This document shows positions 43,003-45,521 of a stretch of 45,521 nucleotides of DNA, one piece after another (positions within the stretch are counted from its first letter, which is position 1; every line of letters begins with the position of its first letter). The stretch spans positions 186,001 through 231,521 of the forward strand of contig JABANN010000002.1 of the NCBI GenBank assembly GCA_013115125.1. Direction: 5' to 3'. Under the pieces are notes generated by a model. The model saw nothing but the letters and a program-made list of their open reading frames with translations. It was not told where the DNA came from and made no database searches. The position numbers and the translations under genes were made by a program. The DNA is from Perkinsus olseni. Lineage: Eukaryota.

Positions 43003-44538
43003 ATGGCGGTCCATTGCCCCTCCTTCACTGTCGACTCGCCCAACGTAGTGTACACTGACACTCACATCGAGGCCTCCTACGACTACCACACCACCGACAT
43101 CTCTCAGTCCAGCGACGGCCAATGGGTGGTCAAGCCTAGAACGGTCAAGTACAACTTCGAGACTGACAGAAGAGTGCCCAAGCTCGGTGTGATGCTGGTC
43201 GGTTGGGGCGGCAACAACGGCACCACTGTTACTGCCGGAATCTTGGCCAACAAGCACGCTGTGACTTGGGAGACCAAGGAAGGTGTCCAGCACCCTAACT
43301 ACTACGGTTCGGTTACTCAAGCCTCTGTCGTACGTCTCGGCAACGTAAACGGCAAGGAGGTGTACTCCCCTATGACTAAGGTGGTCCCTATGGTCGACCC
43401 CAACGACGTTGTGCTGGGCGGTTGGGACATCAGTGGCCTCAACATGCACGCTGCGATGAAGCGGGCGAAGGTCTTGCCGTACGACCTTCAGAGCAAGCTC
43501 AAACCGATGATGGAGAAAATGGTACCGTTGCCAGGAATATATGACCCGGCTTTCATCGCGGCCAACCAGGAGGACCGGGCTGATAATACCATCCCAAAAA
43601 CGATGACGAAGCGTGAACAGATAGATCGGGTCAAGCAGGACATTCGTGACTTCAAGGAGGCCAATGGGTGCGACAAAATTGTTGTTCTTTGGACGGCCAA
43701 CACTGAACGCTACGCTGATGTCATTCCTGGTGTTAACACGACCAAGGCTGAGCTGATGGCCTCGGTGTGCCGCAACGAATCCGAGGTCGCCCCTAGCACT
43801 CTGTACTGTATTGCCTGCTTGGAGGAAGGCGTTCCCTTCGTGAACGGCTCCCCTCAGAACACCTACGTCCCTGGTCTCAAGGAGCTTGCTGAGAGTCTCC
43901 CGGGCGCGGTCATTGCTGGCGATGATTTCAAGTCCGGCCAGACCAAGATGAAGTCTGTTTTGGTCGACTTTCTGATAGGCGCAGGTCTGAAGCCCACGTC
44001 CATCGTCAGCTACAACCACCTCGGTAACAATGACGGCAAGAATCTATCGGCTCCTCAGTGTTTCCGCTCGAAGGAGATTTCCAAGTCTGATGTTGTGAAT
44101 GACATGGTGAACAGCAACGCCTTGCTGTACAACAAGACTGAGCACCCCGACCATTGTGTTGTCATCAAGTACGTCCCCGCTGTTGGCGATTCTAAGCGCG
44201 CTATGGACGAGTACACTTCACAGATTTTCATGAACGGTCTCAACACTATTGTCATGCACAACACGTGCGAGGACTCCCTTCTCGCCGCTCCTTTGATCAT
44301 CGACCTCGTCCTCTTGGCTGAGCTAGTGACACGCATCAAGCTCGCCAAGGACGGAGAGGAACTTCGTGGGATGCATCCATTCGCTGTTATTCTGAGCTAC
44401 TTGACGAAGGCTCCCTTGGTTCCCGATGGAACGCCGTGCATTAATTCGCTTGCCAAGCAGCGTGCTATGCTAGAGAATGTCCTGAAGGCCTGCGTTGGCC
44501 TGCCTCCTGACAACAACATGCTGCTGGAGTTCAAGTAG
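43003..44538 (+). CDS. INO1: myo-inositol-1-phosphate synthase, intronless
   Basis: [47 protein letters not shown]. Confidence 0.98.
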   Translation: MAVHCPSFTVDSPNVVYTDTHIEASYDYHTTDISQSSDGQWVVKPRTVKYNFETDRRVPKLGVMLVGWGGNNGTTVTAGILANKHAVTWETKEGVQHPNYYGSVTQASVVRLGNVNGKEVYSPMTKVVPMVDPNDVVLGGWDISGLNMHAAMKRAKVLPYDLQSKLKPMMEKMVPLPGIYDPAFIAANQEDRADNTIPKTMTKREQIDRVKQDIRDFKEANGCDKIVVLWTANTERYADVIPGVNTTKAELMASVCRNESEVAPSTLYCIACLEEGVPFVNGSPQNTYVPGLKELAESLPGAVIAGDDFKSGQTKMKSVLVDFLIGAGLKPTSIVSYNHLGNNDGKNLSAPQCFRSKEISKSDVVNDMVNSNALLYNKTEHPDHCVVIKYVPAVGDSKRAMDEYTSQIFMNGLNTIVMHNTCEDSLLAAPLIIDLVLLAELVTRIKLAKDGEELRGMHPFAVILSYLTKAPLVPDGTPCINSLAKQRAMLENVLKACVGLPPDNNMLLEFK

Positions 44539-45130
44539 CTGTTTATGCGTTCGGTAATGATGCCCAGACTTATTCAATCATCAACAACAAAAGTAACAAT
44601 TATTATTTGATCTCATTTTGTAATGGGGGTTTGGTTCTAGTTGGGCTAAACGTGACCATGATGATGACGATCTCCTTACTTCAATCACTCGAAGGCTCGG
44701 TGGAGCGAAGGACATGTAGAGTTTGCGAACCGGAGTGGACTGCGAAAGACTGAGGCAGAACCGAGCAGCAACGGTATAACTGTATAACGCCGCACAGAGC
44801 TCATCGTAAGTTGCTAGCATACCGGCTTTTGAGTCTGACTGAGTCGGCAACGGCGTTGGCCTCAGAACTAAGACACACAGTGGTGGGACGGATGATGAGG
44901 GCATGGTATGTACTCTCTGCGGTGCTTATTACAACGGTCAGAAGTTTATGATTGCCAGTTCGATCACAGCAGATGCGAGAGTACCCGCGGGAGTACCGCT
45001 GGGTGCTTCTAATGTAGGCGTGCAGCTTCTCTGCGCCTCAAGCCGCTGAGAATTAGAAGAGCTCTAACGTATTGAATGTCTCCTCCGTCGTGCTGGTAAC
45101 GCAAGCCTCAGCGTGAATATCTTGCGCTGA

Positions 45131-45521
<391 letters not shown>

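Noticed and set aside
42919-44019. 366-aa antisense ORF (also 9313-10347 and 18775-19494)
   Set aside because: Shadow ORFs opposite real genes with biased codon usage.
44659-44755. Possible C/D snoRNA (ATGATGA...CTGA); similar weak candidate near 13714-13773
   Set aside because: Poor terminal stem or degenerate boxes, and no recognisable rRNA guide.

Overview
Eukaryotic, gene-dense protist DNA with many short spliceosomal introns. Intron style and gene families suggest an alveolate, most likely Perkinsus (inference only). Genes, left to right: a tandem array of five intronless 2-TM RING-H2 genes; hypothetical genes; exosome subunit RRP41; RNase H2 subunit C; an F-box-like gene family (4 copies, 1 broken); a secreted LpqC/PHB-depolymerase-like esterase; a ~3.5-kb segmental duplication carrying GH99 endo-alpha-mannosidase plus an F-box-like gene; a Ty3/gypsy integrase relic; DIS3L2; INO1; and the start of GAPDH. 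Two signals stand out. (1) At least 8 perfect and 4 near-perfect 22-bp scars of the exact form A-X-H'-X'-A'-X-H (X = 6-mer, primes = complement). This is the product predicted when an 8-bp-TSD (hAT-type) transposon excises via hairpins and the break is sealed through the full inverted target copy. A 7-nt-period inverted satellite at ~19.9-20.7 kb contains the same half-scars. (2) An intact tRNA-Pro(CGG) with no nearby Pol III terminator fills a 130-nt DIS3L2 intron, and tRNA 3'-half relics sit at splice sites of other introns. Exon boundaries were assigned by eye and are provisional.
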